A DNA stretch of 64,000 bases from Candidatus Multivoradales bacterium (GTDB lineage Bacteria; Acidobacteriota; Thermoanaerobaculia; Multivoradales; J023), in contig CBDFLE010000005.1 in assembly GCA_965248925.1 (NCBI GenBank), positions 1,888,001 through 1,952,000 on the forward strand. The letters are read 5' to 3'. The first letter of the stretch is position 1; each line of letters opens with the position of its first letter. This document shows positions 62,422-64,000 of the stretch, piece after piece. The translations under genes were made by a program, and so were the position numbers. The notes below the pieces were generated by a model, which was not told the origin of the DNA, did no database searches, and saw only the letters and a list, made by a program, of their open reading frames with translations.

Positions 62422-64000
62422 ATGAACTCCGGGAATCGACACCAACTCACCAACAGCGGTCGGGCCTGCCTACTTCTCTGCCTGCTGGCGATAGGATCGT
62501 TCACCGCCCCTACCCAGGCGCAGCTGGATGCGACTTGCGATGCACAGCTGCTCAACCGCTCGGTGCAGGTCAACGCGGACGGCTCGTTCTTTCTCGCCAA
62601 TGTGCCGGCTGAGGAGGGACTTCATCGGGTGCGGGTCCACTGCACACCGGACCAAGCCGCACTCAACCAGGGTCAATCGAGCCTTTTTCGGCTGATTCCC
62701 AACGGGCAGGTCACCTTGACCGGAATCGACTTCGATAACTTCTTGCCGATTCCTGAAGCAATCCAGGTCGAAGTCACACCTGGGGTTTTGACTCAGGTCG
62801 GCCAGATGGTGGGGATCTCGGTGACCGGTATCTTGAGCGATGGCTCGCAGGTCGACATGGGGCGGGTGGATGAGGGGACGGAGTATTGGATCAGCAATCC
62901 GCGGCTGGCACGGCTGATAACCACCGGTGATCAGCGGCAGGTGCTGATCGCTCTGGAGCGCGGCCGGGTGCTGGTGGGGGCGCGGCGCGATGGCGTGGTC
63001 GGGGCGGTTGAGGTGGATCTGCAAATTCCCAACGACGCCGATGGCGACGGCATGACCGATGAGTTCGAAGAGCTTCTAGGTCTCGATCCGAATGACCCCA
63101 ACGACGCTTTCGACGACCCGGACGGCGACAATCTGTCGAACTTGCGCGAGTTTGAGCTGGGCACGGATATCTACTCCTCGGATACCGACGCTGACGGCCT
63201 GAGCGATGGCCGTGAGGTGGAGCTTGGCACCCTGCCCAATGACCCAGACACCGATGGTGACGGCTTGAATGATGGCCAGGAGCTGGCGCGCGGCACCGAT
63301 CCGCTGAGCGCGGACTCGGACCTTGACGGCATTGTCGATGGCCTCGAGGTTGGCCTCGGCACTGATCCACTGATCGAAAACGCCACTACCTCGCTGATCG
63401 GCCAGGTACGCGACGAGCAGGACTTGATCCAGGCGGGTGCCTCGGTGATCGTTTTCGGCCGGCTGGTCGCCACTACCGACGGCGCTGGCCGCTTCATCCT
63501 CGACCATGTGCCGGCCGACCAGGGCAGCGTGGTGGCGTTCGCTCGCGCTCTGCGGGTGGTGGTGGACCAGGAAGGCAACTCAATGGTCGAGGTGCTGGAG
63601 GGTGCTTCGGCCGCGACGCTTCCCCGGCCCGATTCCTTCACCGACATGGGGTTGATCCGGGTGCGGCCGATGAGCGGCCGGGTGTCGGGCGCGGTGCTCG
63701 ATCCGCGCGGCGATGCGGTGGCCGGCGTTCGGGTGACGCTGACGCTGGGCCTTGAGCGCCGCTCGACCCAGGCCGATATCACCGGTGTTTTCAGCTTTGA
63801 GAATCTACCCGCCGGCTCCTTCAATCTCGAAGCGATCGATGGCCAGACCGGCTTGCGGGGTCGCGCACTGGGCGTGCTGCCTGGCGACGGCGAGGCGCTG
63901 GCGGACATCCAGCTCGGCGCCTTCGGCGCCATCTCTGGGCGGGTGCTGGACAGCGACGGTGAGACCCCGGCCGGGCCAGGGGTGGCGATCGAGGTGCGCA
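62422..64000 (+). CDS. large secreted protein with DxDxDG calcium-binding (TSP3-like) repeats and carboxypeptidase-regulatory-like domains (partial)
   Basis: Own translation, not in ORF track: MNSGNRHQ.. signal peptide, DADGDGMTD, DTDADGLSDG, DTDGDGLNDG, VSGAVLDPRG; open to window end. Confidence 0.85.
   Translation, partial: MNSGNRHQLTNSGRACLLLCLLAIGSFTAPTQAQLDATCDAQLLNRSVQVNADGSFFLANVPAEEGLHRVRVHCTPDQAALNQGQSSLFRLIPNGQVTLTGIDFDNFLPIPEAIQVEVTPGVLTQVGQMVGISVTGILSDGSQVDMGRVDEGTEYWISNPRLARLITTGDQRQVLIALERGRVLVGARRDGVVGAVEVDLQIPNDADGDGMTDEFEELLGLDPNDPNDAFDDPDGDNLSNLREFELGTDIYSSDTDADGLSDGREVELGTLPNDPDTDGDGLNDGQELARGTDPLSADSDLDGIVDGLEVGLGTDPLIENATTSLIGQVRDEQDLIQAGASVIVFGRLVATTDGAGRFILDHVPADQGSVVAFARALRVVVDQEGNSMVEVLEGASAATLPRPDSFTDMGLIRVRPMSGRVSGAVLDPRGDAVAGVRVTLTLGLERRSTQADITGVFSFENLPAGSFNLEAIDGQTGLRGRALGVLPGDGEALADIQLGAFGAISGRVLDSDGETPAGPGVAIEVR

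Overview
GC-rich bacterial window; gene content suggests Acidobacteriota/Thermoanaerobaculia (inference only). From left to right: (1) a minus-strand, head-less contractile-tail operon (sheath, tube, chaperone, DNA_circ_N-like protein, 1152-aa helical protein, NHL-repeat metallopeptidase) behind a sigma54 promoter, running off the left edge; (2) a PEGA/TPR/GYF_2 operon whose first gene is split by an IS3-family element; (3) a secreted beta-barrel gene hidden by two in-frame TGA codons (UxxU) followed by a SECIS-like hairpin, i.e. a probable selenoprotein, next to a YHS-TlpA redoxin and furA-katG; (4) a ~13.5-kb module with an ECF sigma, anti-sigma, four clan-CD proteases (two CHAT, C25-like, caspase-like), a subtilase and several unannotated small ORFs, tied together by a repeated promoter-like motif ACAACCTTTT-N7-GCCG(A/C)GTCT; (5) a patch of gene fragments; (6) a sigma54 sulfatase-octaheme-phosphoesterase cluster facing a frameshifted kinase/GAF/enhancer-binding regulator; (7) a 2601-aa repeat protein with a lower-GC tip, a coupled orphan gene and a second giant secreted protein, resembling a polymorphic-toxin locus. 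No rRNA, tRNA or CRISPR array was seen. All family calls are by eye, without database searches.
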